Origin: Paracoccus sp. UBA889
GTDB lineage: Bacteria > Pseudomonadota > Alphaproteobacteria > Rhodobacterales > Rhodobacteraceae
Assembly (NCBI RefSeq): GCF_002294185.1
Contig: NZ_DBFD01000050.1
Direction: 5' to 3' (one strand)
DNA: 64,000 nt
Within the stretch, counting starts at the first letter, position 1. Each line of letters opens with the position of its first letter. This document shows, one piece after another, positions 49,811 through 59,298 of the stretch. The notes beneath the pieces are model-generated. The model had not been told where the DNA came from. It did not search any database and saw only the letters and a program-made list of their open reading frames with translations. Position numbers and translations under genes: made by a program.

Positions 49811-50632
49811 ATGCAGACCGGCGCCCGGCATCGACACGACCCCGAGCCCGCTCCGGCGGGGTCGGGCGCGCAATCCGTCGAACGGGCGCTGGCGCTGCTG
49901 TCGCTGGTCGGGCGTGGCGGCGATGCGGGCCGCGGGCTGGCCGGGCTGGTCAGCGAAACCGGCCTGTCGCGCCCGACGGCGCGGCGGCTGCTGATGGCGC
50001 TGGCCGGTGCGGGACTGATCGAACAGGACGGCGCGACGCGGCGCTATCATCTGGGCCCCGAGGCGTTTCTGCTGGGATCATTGGCGGCGTCGCGGCACGG
50101 CATGCTGAACCACGCGGCCGACAATCTGCGCCGTCTGGCGCGGGCGACCGGCGACACTGCCTTCATCTCGGTTCCGCAAGGCGATCATATCCTGTGCCTG
50201 CACCGCGAGGACGGCGATTTTCCGATCCGCACCCATGCGTTGCAGAAGGGCGACCGCAATCCGCTGGGGGTGGGCGCCGGCGGTCTGGCGGTGCTGGCCG
50301 CCATGCCCAAGGCGCGTGCCGATGCGGTTCTGGCGCGGTTGCAGGACGCGCTGCGGCAAAGGATGGGCGCAGCCTCGGATCGTCTGGGCGCCGATGTGGA
50401 TCTGGCGCGGGAACGCGGCTATGCCGTCAATCCGGGACGGGTCGTGGCCGGTTCATGGGGCATCGGCGTGGCGATCCTGTGGCCCGACGGCACCCCCGCC
50501 GCCGCGCTGTCGCTGGCCGCGATCGAGGCCCGGATGGGTTCCGATCGCCAGCCGCGGCTGGCGGCCCTGCTGCACGACGAGGCGCGGCTGATCGAGGCGG
50601 CACTGGCCGCCGGCAGAAAGGAACGGCAATGA
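49811..50632 (+). CDS. IclR family regulator
   Basis: GAQSVERALALL, LSRPTARRLL, GAGGLAVLA, WGIGVAI. Confidence 0.9.
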   Translation: MQTGARHRHDPEPAPAGSGAQSVERALALLSLVGRGGDAGRGLAGLVSETGLSRPTARRLLMALAGAGLIEQDGATRRYHLGPEAFLLGSLAASRHGMLNHAADNLRRLARATGDTAFISVPQGDHILCLHREDGDFPIRTHALQKGDRNPLGVGAGGLAVLAAMPKARADAVLARLQDALRQRMGAASDRLGADVDLARERGYAVNPGRVVAGSWGIGVAILWPDGTPAAALSLAAIEARMGSDRQPRLAALLHDEARLIEAALAAGRKERQ

Positions 50633-51804
50633 TGCAGAATGATCCGCTGATCGTCGGCTGGGCACATACGAAATTCGGCAAGTCCGAGGCCCCCGACACG
50701 ATGGCCCTGATGGCCGAGGTGGCGCGGCCGGCGCTGGACCATGCCGGGATCCCGCCCGACGCGGTGGACGGCATCTTCGCGGGGGTCTGGAACAACGGTT
50801 TCAGCCGGCAGGATTTTCAGGGTGCGCTGGTTGCGATGGGCACACCGGAACTGGCGGGCGTGCCCTTCATGCGGACGGAGAACGCCTGCGCCACCGGCTC
50901 GGCCGCGCTGTATGCGGCGGCGGATTTCATCGCTTCGGGGCGGGGCCGCACGGCGCTGGTGATCGGGGCCGAGAAGATGACCGCGACCCCCGTGGCCGAG
51001 GTCGGCGACATTCTTCTGGCGGCCAGCTACGTCGCCGAGGAGGCCGATGTCGAGGGCGGCTTCGCAGGCGTCTTCGGCCAGATCGCCGGCAGCTATTTCC
51101 AGCGCCACGGCGACCGGTCCCACGAGATGGCGATGATCGCCGCCAAGAATCACGAAAACGGGATGCGCAATCCCCATGCCCACATGCAGAAGGATTTCGG
51201 CATCGCCTTCTGCAACACGATTTCCGACAAGAACCCGCGCGTGGCCGGGCCGCTGCGGCGCACGGATTGCTCGCTGATCTCGGACGGGGCGGCGGCGATC
51301 GTGCTGGCCGATGTGGAAACCGCCGCCGGGCTGGCGCGGGGGATCGGGTTCCGGGCGCGGGCTCAGGCGGGCGATCTGCTGGCCCTGTCGCGGCGCGACC
51401 CGATCGCTTTCGAGGGCGCGCACCGGGCATGGGCCGCGGCACTGGCTCGGGCCGGGCTGGCGATCCATGATCTGGATCTGGTCGAGACGCATGATTGTTT
51501 CACCATCGCCGAGATGATCGAATACGAGGCGATGGGGCTGGCCCCCGCCGGGCAGGGCTGGCGGGCGATCCGCGACGGCGTGACCCGGTTCGACGGGGCG
51601 CTGCCGGTCAACCCCTCGGGCGGGCTGAAATCGCGCGGCCATCCGATCGGCGCGACCGGCGTCAGCCAGCACGTCATGGCCGCGATGCAGTTGATGGCCG
51701 AAGGCGGCGCCATGCAGGTGCCGGATGCGGCGCTTGCGGGCGTGTTCAACATGGGCGGGGCGGCGGTCGCGAATTACTGTTCCATCCTGGAGCGGGTGAG
51801 ATGA
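50629..51804 (+). CDS. SCP2-type thiolase (acetyl-CoA acetyltransferase family)
   Basis: ENACATG (Cys), RRTDCSLISDGAAA, ETHDCFT, VNPSGGLKSRGHPIGATG, FNMGG. Confidence 0.88.
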   Translation: MMQNDPLIVGWAHTKFGKSEAPDTMALMAEVARPALDHAGIPPDAVDGIFAGVWNNGFSRQDFQGALVAMGTPELAGVPFMRTENACATGSAALYAAADFIASGRGRTALVIGAEKMTATPVAEVGDILLAASYVAEEADVEGGFAGVFGQIAGSYFQRHGDRSHEMAMIAAKNHENGMRNPHAHMQKDFGIAFCNTISDKNPRVAGPLRRTDCSLISDGAAAIVLADVETAAGLARGIGFRARAQAGDLLALSRRDPIAFEGAHRAWAAALARAGLAIHDLDLVETHDCFTIAEMIEYEAMGLAPAGQGWRAIRDGVTRFDGALPVNPSGGLKSRGHPIGATGVSQHVMAAMQLMAEGGAMQVPDAALAGVFNMGGAAVANYCSILERVR

Positions 51805-53387
51805 GCCCGTTGCAGCCGCCGGTTTCGACACGGGTGATGAACCTGGCCACCTTCCTGACGCAAGCGGCGCGGCGGGTGCCGCAGGACGTGGCGCTGGTCA
51901 TGGGCGATGCGCAATGGACCTGGGCCCATTTCGAGGCGCGGACCGATGCGCTGGCCCTGGCCTTGCAGGACATGGGCCTGGACAAGGGCGACCGGGTGCT
52001 GTGCCAGTCGCAGAACTGCATGGAGATGATGCAGGCCATGTTCGCCGTCTGGCGCGCGGGCGGCGTCTGGGTGCCCGCGAATTACCGCCAGACGCCCGAG
52101 GAACTGGTCTATCTGACCGAAAGCTCGGGCGCGCGGTTCATGATCTGCAATGCGCGTTTCCCCGATCACGCGGCGGCCTGCGCCGGGGCCGCGCCGGACC
52201 TGCGCCTGCTGGCTTTCGGGGATGCCGATTTCGGCCCCTCCGTAAGCGCGCTGACCGAGGCGCATCTGGGCCGGCATCCGCAGGTGGCGGCGGTGGATCG
52301 CGACGATCCCTGCTGGTTCTTCTTCACCTCCGGCACGACCGGGCGGCCCAAGGCATCGGTGCTGACCCATGGGCAGATGGCCTTTGTCGTCACCAGCCAT
52401 CTGGCCGACCTGATGCCGGGGCTGACGCCCGAGGATGCCTCGCTGGTCGTGGCGCCGCTGTCGCACGGCGCCGGGGTGCATCAACTGACCCAGGTGGCCC
52501 GCGCGGTGAAGACGGTGCTGATGCCCTCGGACAAGTTCGACGTGGCGACGGCCTGGAAACTGGTCGAGGTCTGGCGCGTCTCGACCATCTTCACGGTGCC
52601 GACGATCCTGAAGATGCTGGTCGAGGATGAAAGCCTGGACCATTTCGATCATACCTCGCTGCGCTACGTCATCTATGCCGGCGCACCGATGTATCGCGAG
52701 GATCAGAAACGCGCCTTGGCCGCGCTTGGGCCGGTCCTGGTGCAGTATTTCGGGCTGGGCGAGGTGACGGGCAACATCACCGTCCTGCCCACATGGCTGC
52801 ACAGCGCGGATGACGATGCCCGCGAAGGCACCTGCGGCTTTCCCCGGACCGGCATCGAGGTGCAGGTGCAGGACGATCAGGGCCGCGCGCTGCCGCCCTT
52901 CGAGACGGGCGAGTTGTGCGTGATCGGCCCGGCGGTCTTCGCGGGCTATTTCGACAACGCAGATGCGAATGCCAAATCCTTTCGCGACGGCTGGTTCCGC
53001 ACCGGCGATCTGGGCCACATGGATGCGCAGGGCTTCGTCTATATCACCGGGCGGGCGTCGGACATGTATATCTCGGGTGGCTCGAACGTCTATCCGCGCG
53101 AGATCGAGGAAAAGATCCTGACCCATCCGGCGATCTCCGAGGTCGCGGTGCTGGGCGTGCCCGACCGCAAATGGGGCGAGGTCGGCTGGGCGATCTGCGT
53201 CTGCCGCCCCGGCGAAAGCGCGACCGAGGACGGGGTGAAGGATTTCCTGGCGGACAGGATATCGGGATACAAGCGGCCCCACCGGGTGCTGTTCTGGCCG
53301 GAACTGCCGAAATCGGCCTATGGCAAGATCACCAAGAAGCTGATCCGCGAGGCGCTGGAGGCGCAATCCCTGCTGGACCGCGCATGA
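51801..53387 (+). CDS. AMP-forming acyl-CoA synthetase
   Basis: FFTSGTTGRPK, APLSHGAG, QYFGLGE, WFRTGD, LPKSAYGKITK. Confidence 0.92.
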   Translation: MSPLQPPVSTRVMNLATFLTQAARRVPQDVALVMGDAQWTWAHFEARTDALALALQDMGLDKGDRVLCQSQNCMEMMQAMFAVWRAGGVWVPANYRQTPEELVYLTESSGARFMICNARFPDHAAACAGAAPDLRLLAFGDADFGPSVSALTEAHLGRHPQVAAVDRDDPCWFFFTSGTTGRPKASVLTHGQMAFVVTSHLADLMPGLTPEDASLVVAPLSHGAGVHQLTQVARAVKTVLMPSDKFDVATAWKLVEVWRVSTIFTVPTILKMLVEDESLDHFDHTSLRYVIYAGAPMYREDQKRALAALGPVLVQYFGLGEVTGNITVLPTWLHSADDDAREGTCGFPRTGIEVQVQDDQGRALPPFETGELCVIGPAVFAGYFDNADANAKSFRDGWFRTGDLGHMDAQGFVYITGRASDMYISGGSNVYPREIEEKILTHPAISEVAVLGVPDRKWGEVGWAICVCRPGESATEDGVKDFLADRISGYKRPHRVLFWPELPKSAYGKITKKLIREALEAQSLLDRA

Positions 53388-54202
53388 AGGGCCGCATGAT
53401 CCATCCCGGCCCGCGCGCCACGGCGCGGGTGCAGGCCGTCCGTGCGAGGCTGCGGCGGGTTTCGGGCCGGGTTCGCGCCGGTCAGGGCGTGATGGACGCG
53501 GTGGCCGCGATCTTCGAGGCTGCGGGCTGCCGGGGCGGGATGCTGCGGCTGGACGGCGCTGTCTGCGATCCGCTGCATTACGTTCTGCCGGCATTCTCGC
53601 GCGACGGGCTTCACGCGGCCTGGTATTCGGACCGGATCGCGCTGGAGGGGCCGACCCTTGTCGGACCGGCCACGGCCATCATCGGGCAAAAGGATGGCGC
53701 CACGTTCCTGCATTGCCACGGCATCTGGCAGGATCGCATGGGCCATCTGCTGCCGCTGGATTCGGTGCTGGCCAGGGATGCCGTCCTGCACGGGATCGGC
53801 AGCGACGATGCCTGGTTCGAGGCCCTGCCCGATGCCGAAACCGCCTTTACCCTGTTCCAGCCGCAGGGCGGTGGCACCGGCGGCGGGCTTCTGGCGCGGC
53901 TGCGGCCGGGCGAGGACGTGGCGACGGCCATTGCCTCGCTCTGCGCCGAGCACGCGATCACCGATGCCCGCATCCACGGCGTCGGCAGCATCGACCATAT
54001 CCGCTTTCAGGATGGCGCTTGCGTCGATTGCATGGCGACCGAACTGCATTTCGCGGGTGCGGTGCTGCGCGATGGCCGCCCGCATCTGCCCATCGAGGTC
54101 GTCGATACCGATGGCCTTGTCCATTCGGGCGTTCTGGCCGAGGGTGCAAACCCGGTCGGCGTCACCGTCGAAATCGTCATCGAACCGGAGGAGATGTCAT
54201 GA
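53384..54202 (+). CDS. Tandem PPC (DUF296) domain protein
   Basis: N-domain FLHCHG...MGHL; C-domain ARLRPGEDV...GVGS...SGVL. Confidence 0.75.
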   Translation: MKGRMIHPGPRATARVQAVRARLRRVSGRVRAGQGVMDAVAAIFEAAGCRGGMLRLDGAVCDPLHYVLPAFSRDGLHAAWYSDRIALEGPTLVGPATAIIGQKDGATFLHCHGIWQDRMGHLLPLDSVLARDAVLHGIGSDDAWFEALPDAETAFTLFQPQGGGTGGGLLARLRPGEDVATAIASLCAEHAITDARIHGVGSIDHIRFQDGACVDCMATELHFAGAVLRDGRPHLPIEVVDTDGLVHSGVLAEGANPVGVTVEIVIEPEEMS

Positions 54203-54966
54203 GCCATGAGGCAAAGGTCGCATTGGTCACGGGGGCCGCGCGCGGCATCGGGCTGGCCAGCACGGAGCTGTTTCTGGAACAGGGCTGGCGCGTCGTCATG
54301 GTCGATCGGGACGCCGAGGAACTGACCAGCGCCGCCGCCGCCCTGAAGGGCGTGCATGTCATTGCCGCCGACATTTCGGACCGCGAACAGGTTCAGGCGA
54401 TGGCGGCCGAGGCGTTGCAGGTCTTTGGCAGGGTGGACGCGCTGGTCAACAATGCCGGCGTGGCCCTGTTCGGCCGTGTCGAGAACACCGGTTACGAGGC
54501 CTGGCGCGAGGTCATGCAGACCAATCTGGACGGGGTTTTCCTGTGCTCGCAGGCGCTGGTTCCGGCGCTGACCGACAGCAAGGGCGCAATCGTGAACATC
54601 GCCTCGATTTCGGGGCTGCGCGCCTCGACCCTGCGGGTGGCCTATGGCACCTCGAAGGCGGCGGTGATCCACATGACCAAGCAATTCGCCGTCGAACTGG
54701 GCGAAAAGGGCATCCGTGTGAATTGCATCGCCCCCGGTCCGGTGCGCACCAAGCTGGCGATGGCGGTTCACGCGCCGGAAATCATCGCGGCCTATTACGA
54801 CGCCATTCCGCTGAACCGCTACGGCGAGGCACGCGAGATCGCCGAGGGGATCGTGTTTCTGGCCTCTGGCAAGGCCAGCTTCATCACCGGGCAGGTTCTG
54901 GCCGTCGATGGCGGTTTCGATGCGGCGGGGGTCGGCCTGCCCGCTCTGCGGCGTGGCGAGGGCTAG
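54199..54966 (+). CDS. Classical SDR oxidoreductase
   Basis: VTGAARGIG, NNAG, catalytic YGTSK, VNCIAPG. Confidence 0.93.
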   Translation: MSHEAKVALVTGAARGIGLASTELFLEQGWRVVMVDRDAEELTSAAAALKGVHVIAADISDREQVQAMAAEALQVFGRVDALVNNAGVALFGRVENTGYEAWREVMQTNLDGVFLCSQALVPALTDSKGAIVNIASISGLRASTLRVAYGTSKAAVIHMTKQFAVELGEKGIRVNCIAPGPVRTKLAMAVHAPEIIAAYYDAIPLNRYGEAREIAEGIVFLASGKASFITGQVLAVDGGFDAAGVGLPALRRGEG

Positions 54967-55021
54967 AAACCGGGGCGGCAGGGACCGCGTTGGACAGCGG
55001 ACATCGCGACAGGAGGATGCC

Positions 55022-55198
55022 ATGACCACCAACCATGTGCCTTTCGACATTCCCGAGGATCTGCGCCGCGGGCTGGCGGTCGAGGCCGCGCGTTCGGGCA
55101 AGAGCCAGTCACGGATCGTGGCCGAAGCGCTGGAAAAGGCCGGGATCGACCGGGTCAGCGCCGATGATATGGACAAGCTGATGCACGGATCGCAATAG
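55022..55198 (+). CDS. Small ribbon-helix-helix (CopG/Arc-like) protein, 58 aa
   Basis: RBS CAGGAGG; FDIPEDLRRGLAVEAARSGKSQSRIVAEALE fits a beta-strand plus two helices. Confidence 0.7.
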   Translation: MTTNHVPFDIPEDLRRGLAVEAARSGKSQSRIVAEALEKAGIDRVSADDMDKLMHGSQ

Positions 55199-55277
55199 GC
55201 CGCCCGGCTCTGGCCCCGGTTCGCGTAATCTGCAAGTTTGTCCGGCGACATCTGAATGTGCCGAAGGAGGGCGGACA

Positions 55278-56114
55278 GTGAAATTCTTGCGTTATGGCGA
55301 AGCCGGGGCCGAACGGCCCGGGCTTCTGGACCGCGATGGCCGCATCCGCGACCTGTCGGACCATATCGACGATCTGCGCGGCGCGGTGCTGGGCGATCTG
55401 GCTGCGCTTTCCGGGCTGGATCCGGCCTCGCTGCCGCTGGTCGAGGGCGCGCCCCGCCTGGGGCCGCCGGTCGCCGGCACCGGCAAGATGATCTGCATCG
55501 GGCTGAACTATGCCGATCACGCCGCCGAATCCGGCATGGCCGTGCCGCCCGAGCCGGTGATCTTCATGAAGGCCACCAGCGCCATCTGCGGCCCCGACGA
55601 TCCCATCGTGATCCCGCGCGGCAGCGAAAAGACCGATTGGGAGGTCGAACTGGCCGTCATCATCGGCAAGACCGCGAAATATGTCGGCGAGGCCGAGGCG
55701 ATGGATCACGTCGCAGGCTTCGCAATCGCCAACGACGTGTCCGAACGCGCGTTTCAGGCGGAACGCCAGGGTCAGTGGACCAAGGGCAAGAGCTGCGACA
55801 ATTTCGGACAGATCGGCCCCTGGCTGGTCACTCCGGACGAGGTCGCCGACCCGCAGGCGCTGGCCATGTGGCTGAAGGTCAATGGCGAGACGCGCCAGGA
55901 CGGATCGACCGCGACCATGGTCTACAAGGTTCCGTTCCTGATCCATTACCTCAGCCAGTTCATGTCGCTGCATCCGGGCGACGTGATTTCGACCGGGACT
56001 CCGCCCGGCGTCGGGATGGGGATGAAGCCGCCGCGCTATCTGAAGGCGGGCGATGTGATTGAACTGGGCATCGAGGGGCTGGGATCGCAGCGCCAGGATG
56101 TGGTGGCGGATTGA
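55278..56114 (+). CDS. Fumarylacetoacetate hydrolase family protein
   Basis: GTG start behind AAGGAGG; ICIGLNY, DWEVEL, NDVSER, KGKSCD, GDVISTGTPPGVG. Confidence 0.92.
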   Translation: MKFLRYGEAGAERPGLLDRDGRIRDLSDHIDDLRGAVLGDLAALSGLDPASLPLVEGAPRLGPPVAGTGKMICIGLNYADHAAESGMAVPPEPVIFMKATSAICGPDDPIVIPRGSEKTDWEVELAVIIGKTAKYVGEAEAMDHVAGFAIANDVSERAFQAERQGQWTKGKSCDNFGQIGPWLVTPDEVADPQALAMWLKVNGETRQDGSTATMVYKVPFLIHYLSQFMSLHPGDVISTGTPPGVGMGMKPPRYLKAGDVIELGIEGLGSQRQDVVAD

Positions 56115-56127
56115 AAAGGATCGCGAC

Positions 56128-57087
56128 ATGACGCCAGAACTTGTGCAAATCTCGCCCCTGCGGGCCATCGTTTCCGAGCGGCTTTCCGAAAAATTCGTGA
56201 TCCACCGGTTGTGGGAGGCGGAAGACCCCGATGCGCTGCTGGCCCAGATCGGGCCGCGCGTGCGCGGCCTTCTGGCGGGCGGCACGCGGATCGACGGGTC
56301 TTTCATGGACCGTCTGCCGGCGCTGGAAATCATCGCCGCGTTCGGTGTCGGCTACGACCAGATCGACGCCGAGGCGGCGGCCGGGCGCGGCGTGGTGGTG
56401 ACGCATACACCCGACGTTCTCAGCGACGAGGTGGCCGATATCACCATTGCTCTGCTGATCGGCACGATCCGGCGCCTGCCGCAGGCGCAGGATTACCTGC
56501 GCGCCGGGAAATGGGCGGAGCAGGGGGCCTTTCCGCTGACCGCCAGCCTGCGCGGACGCAAGGTCGGCATTTTCGGGCTGGGCCGGATCGGCAAGGCGAT
56601 CTGGAAGCGGCTGGATGCGATGGGGCTGGAAGTCGCCTATTGCGGACGAAACCGCCAGGACCTGCCGCTGAATTATTTCGACGACATCACCGAACTGGCC
56701 CGTGCCTGCGATGTCCTGATCCTGGCCGCGCCGGGAACCGAGGAGACGCAGGGAATCGTCGATGAGGATGTTCTGGACGCCTTGGGCCGCGACGGGTTTC
56801 TGATCAATATCGGCCGGGGCGCCCTGGTGAACGAGGCCGATCTGGCGGCGGCGCTGGCCCAGGGCCGGATCGCCGGGGCCGGGCTGGACGTCTTCGCCGA
56901 CGAACCGCACCCGCTGCCGGCACTGCTGGAGGCGCCCAACACCATGTTGCTGCCGCATGTCGCCTCGGCCTCGGACCATACGCGCGACGCGATGGGGCAA
57001 TTGGTCGTGGACAACGTGACAAGCTGGTTCGAACGCGGCCGTCCGGTCACGCCGGTCCCGGAATCCCGATCGCTGTTGACGGAATAG
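56128..57087 (+). CDS. D-2-hydroxyacid dehydrogenase
   Basis: FGVGYD, HTPDVL, GIFGLGRIG, INIGRG, LDVFADEP, LPHVAS. Confidence 0.92.
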   Translation: MTPELVQISPLRAIVSERLSEKFVIHRLWEAEDPDALLAQIGPRVRGLLAGGTRIDGSFMDRLPALEIIAAFGVGYDQIDAEAAAGRGVVVTHTPDVLSDEVADITIALLIGTIRRLPQAQDYLRAGKWAEQGAFPLTASLRGRKVGIFGLGRIGKAIWKRLDAMGLEVAYCGRNRQDLPLNYFDDITELARACDVLILAAPGTEETQGIVDEDVLDALGRDGFLINIGRGALVNEADLAAALAQGRIAGAGLDVFADEPHPLPALLEAPNTMLLPHVASASDHTRDAMGQLVVDNVTSWFERGRPVTPVPESRSLLTE

Positions 57088-57114
57088 GCCGGGCCGTCAC
57101 TGTCCGGCCCGGCC
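57087..57114. terminator. Hairpin between convergent genes
   Basis: 10-bp perfect stem GGCCGGGCCG / CGGCCCGGCC, 8-nt loop, no U-tract. Confidence 0.45.
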
Positions 57115-57168
57115 CGCGGCTGGCCGCGATCGCGGCCCGACAGGATCAGCGGCCTATCGGCTGGCGGG

Positions 57169-59298
57169 TCACTGTTCGGCGATCTGCGAGGCGCCGGCAT
57201 CGGACAGCGCGCGAAGGACAGCCTCGGTCGACAGGATCTCGGGCAGGACGATGCCTTCCGGCGCATTCGGGCCGTAGGCGACGTTGAACGGAATTCCGAA
57301 CCGCCCGAAGCTTTCCAGATAGCGGGATATGGCTTCGTCGGGCCGCGTCCAGTCGGCCTGCATGGCGATGATGCCAGGTTCGCGCAGGCGCGAGACGACC
57401 GGCTCTCGGTCGAGGACAAGTGCCTTGTTCGCCTTGCAGGTCAGGCACCAGTCGGCGGTCACGTCCACGAAGACGACCTGCCCGGTCGAGACATGGCGGG
57501 GGATCGCGGCGCGGTCGAAAGCGGCCCAGTCGGTCGCCACGCCGGGAACGGACCTGCTGTCCGTATCGGACAGGAAACCCGCCACCGCGATCGCCAACAC
57601 GACCAGCGCGGCGGAACCCGGAATCCTGATCACCGCCGGCACCCGGCCCAGCGACAAAAGCCCCGCCACCCCGATGCTGGCCAGCCCGACCCAGAGGGCG
57701 GTCCGCCGGCCCGCCACGCCGCCGAGAACCCAGAACAGCCACAGAGCCGTCGCTGCAAGCGCAAGGCCCAGGACCACCTTCAGCACGATCATCCAGCGCC
57801 CGGGCCTGGGCAGTCTTTGAACAAGTCGCGGAAAGGCGGCGACGACCAGGTAAGGAACGGCCAGGCCGGCCCCCAGGGCCGTGAAGACCACCACGATGTC
57901 GACAGCCCGCCCGGCCAGGGCAAAGGCGATCGCCGTGCCCAGCAGGGGGGCCGAACAGGGCGTGGCGAGAATGGCCGCAAAGGCGCCTGTCGCGAAATCG
58001 CCGCCATAGCCTTTTCCGCCGCCGGCACGGGCCAGCCGCGTCTGCCACGATGACGGCAGCGCAATCTCGAAAAAGCCGAACAGGTTCGCCGAAAAGACCA
58101 CCAGCACGACCAGCATCACCGCCAGAAAGACCGGGTTCTGGAATTGCAGACCCCATCCCACGGTCAGACCGAAAGCCCTGATGGCAATCGTCGCTGCGGC
58201 GAGAATCCAGATGAACGCCATCACGCCAAGGGCCGAGACGGCAAATCCGCGGCGGATGCGCGGCAGCGACTGGCCGCCGGATTTGACCGCCGAGGACAGC
58301 TTGATCGACAGCACCGGCAGCACGCAGGGCATCACGTTCAGGATCAGGCCGCCGAGAAAGGCGACGACGGCGATCCAGGCCAGTTCATCCAGGCCGGGCA
58401 CCAGTTCGGCGACGCTGAAGGGCGGCGGCGGGGCCGCGTCGGTCAATCCCGCCTGAATTGTGGCGGCACGCTCGCCGTCGGTGATCGTCACCTGCAACGC
58501 GGGAGGGTCATCCTGTGCCGCCAGGATCGGAAGCCGGGCCCAAAGCAGCCGCCCCCCGTCGCCCAGCCGTATATCGGGTTTGCCGAAGGCGGTGAATTCG
58601 CCCATTTCCGGAAAGACATCCGGCGTCCTGAACGGATCCTCGCTTCTTGCGGTCAGTGTCAGATTCGTCATCTCCGCATCCACGGATGCGGCGTCGATCG
58701 TGATTCCGCTTTCCGTGCCATCGTCCGGCACCCGCGCCGCATAGGACGAAATCAGGCTTGCGGAGGCCTGGTCGATTCCGCTGCCGCGCGGCAGGTCCAG
58801 CGAAAGGTCGAAATCCTGTGGAACGCAGACGGTCGAACAGGTCAGCAGGCTGACCCGGGCCCGCAATTCGACAGGGGCATCCGGATTCTTCAGCGTGATG
58901 CTGATCGGAAAGACGACCTCTTCATGATAGCCGAAATTCTCGATCCCGAAGGCGGTGAATCGCTGGGGCGCGGGCCACAGAAATTCGGTCTCTGCCACGT
59001 TGCTGGACCCCGACCAGTCGATCGAGGGCGGGATCCCGACCTCTCCGGGCGAGCGCCAGTAGGTCTTCCAGTCCTTGCCCAGTCGAAGATAAAGCCCCGC
59101 CGAGATCGTCCCTGCGCCCGGAGCGACGCCGTTTTCGGCCGTCAACAGGCGGGCTTCGATGGCCGGGTTGCTGAAACTGTCCGATTCCGCGGCCCAAGTG
59201 GCGGTTGCAGCGACGAAAGCCGCCATCAGGGCGACGATCAGGCAGCGGATGACCCGATCGACCCGGCCCGGGATGTTGTTTTTCACGTCTGTCGGCAT
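57169..59298 (-). CDS. Protein-disulfide reductase, DsbD family (ScsB-like)
   Basis: WKTYWRSPG and CSTVC (alpha domain), MPCVLP and TPCSAP (TM cysteines), ADWCLTC (thioredoxin domain). Confidence 0.9.
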   Translation of the reverse strand: MPTDVKNNIPGRVDRVIRCLIVALMAAFVAATATWAAESDSFSNPAIEARLLTAENGVAPGAGTISAGLYLRLGKDWKTYWRSPGEVGIPPSIDWSGSSNVAETEFLWPAPQRFTAFGIENFGYHEEVVFPISITLKNPDAPVELRARVSLLTCSTVCVPQDFDLSLDLPRGSGIDQASASLISSYAARVPDDGTESGITIDAASVDAEMTNLTLTARSEDPFRTPDVFPEMGEFTAFGKPDIRLGDGGRLLWARLPILAAQDDPPALQVTITDGERAATIQAGLTDAAPPPPFSVAELVPGLDELAWIAVVAFLGGLILNVMPCVLPVLSIKLSSAVKSGGQSLPRIRRGFAVSALGVMAFIWILAAATIAIRAFGLTVGWGLQFQNPVFLAVMLVVLVVFSANLFGFFEIALPSSWQTRLARAGGGKGYGGDFATGAFAAILATPCSAPLLGTAIAFALAGRAVDIVVVFTALGAGLAVPYLVVAAFPRLVQRLPRPGRWMIVLKVVLGLALAATALWLFWVLGGVAGRRTALWVGLASIGVAGLLSLGRVPAVIRIPGSAALVVLAIAVAGFLSDTDSRSVPGVATDWAAFDRAAIPRHVSTGQVVFVDVTADWCLTCKANKALVLDREPVVSRLREPGIIAMQADWTRPDEAISRYLESFGRFGIPFNVAYGPNAPEGIVLPEILSTEAVLRALSDAGASQIAEQ

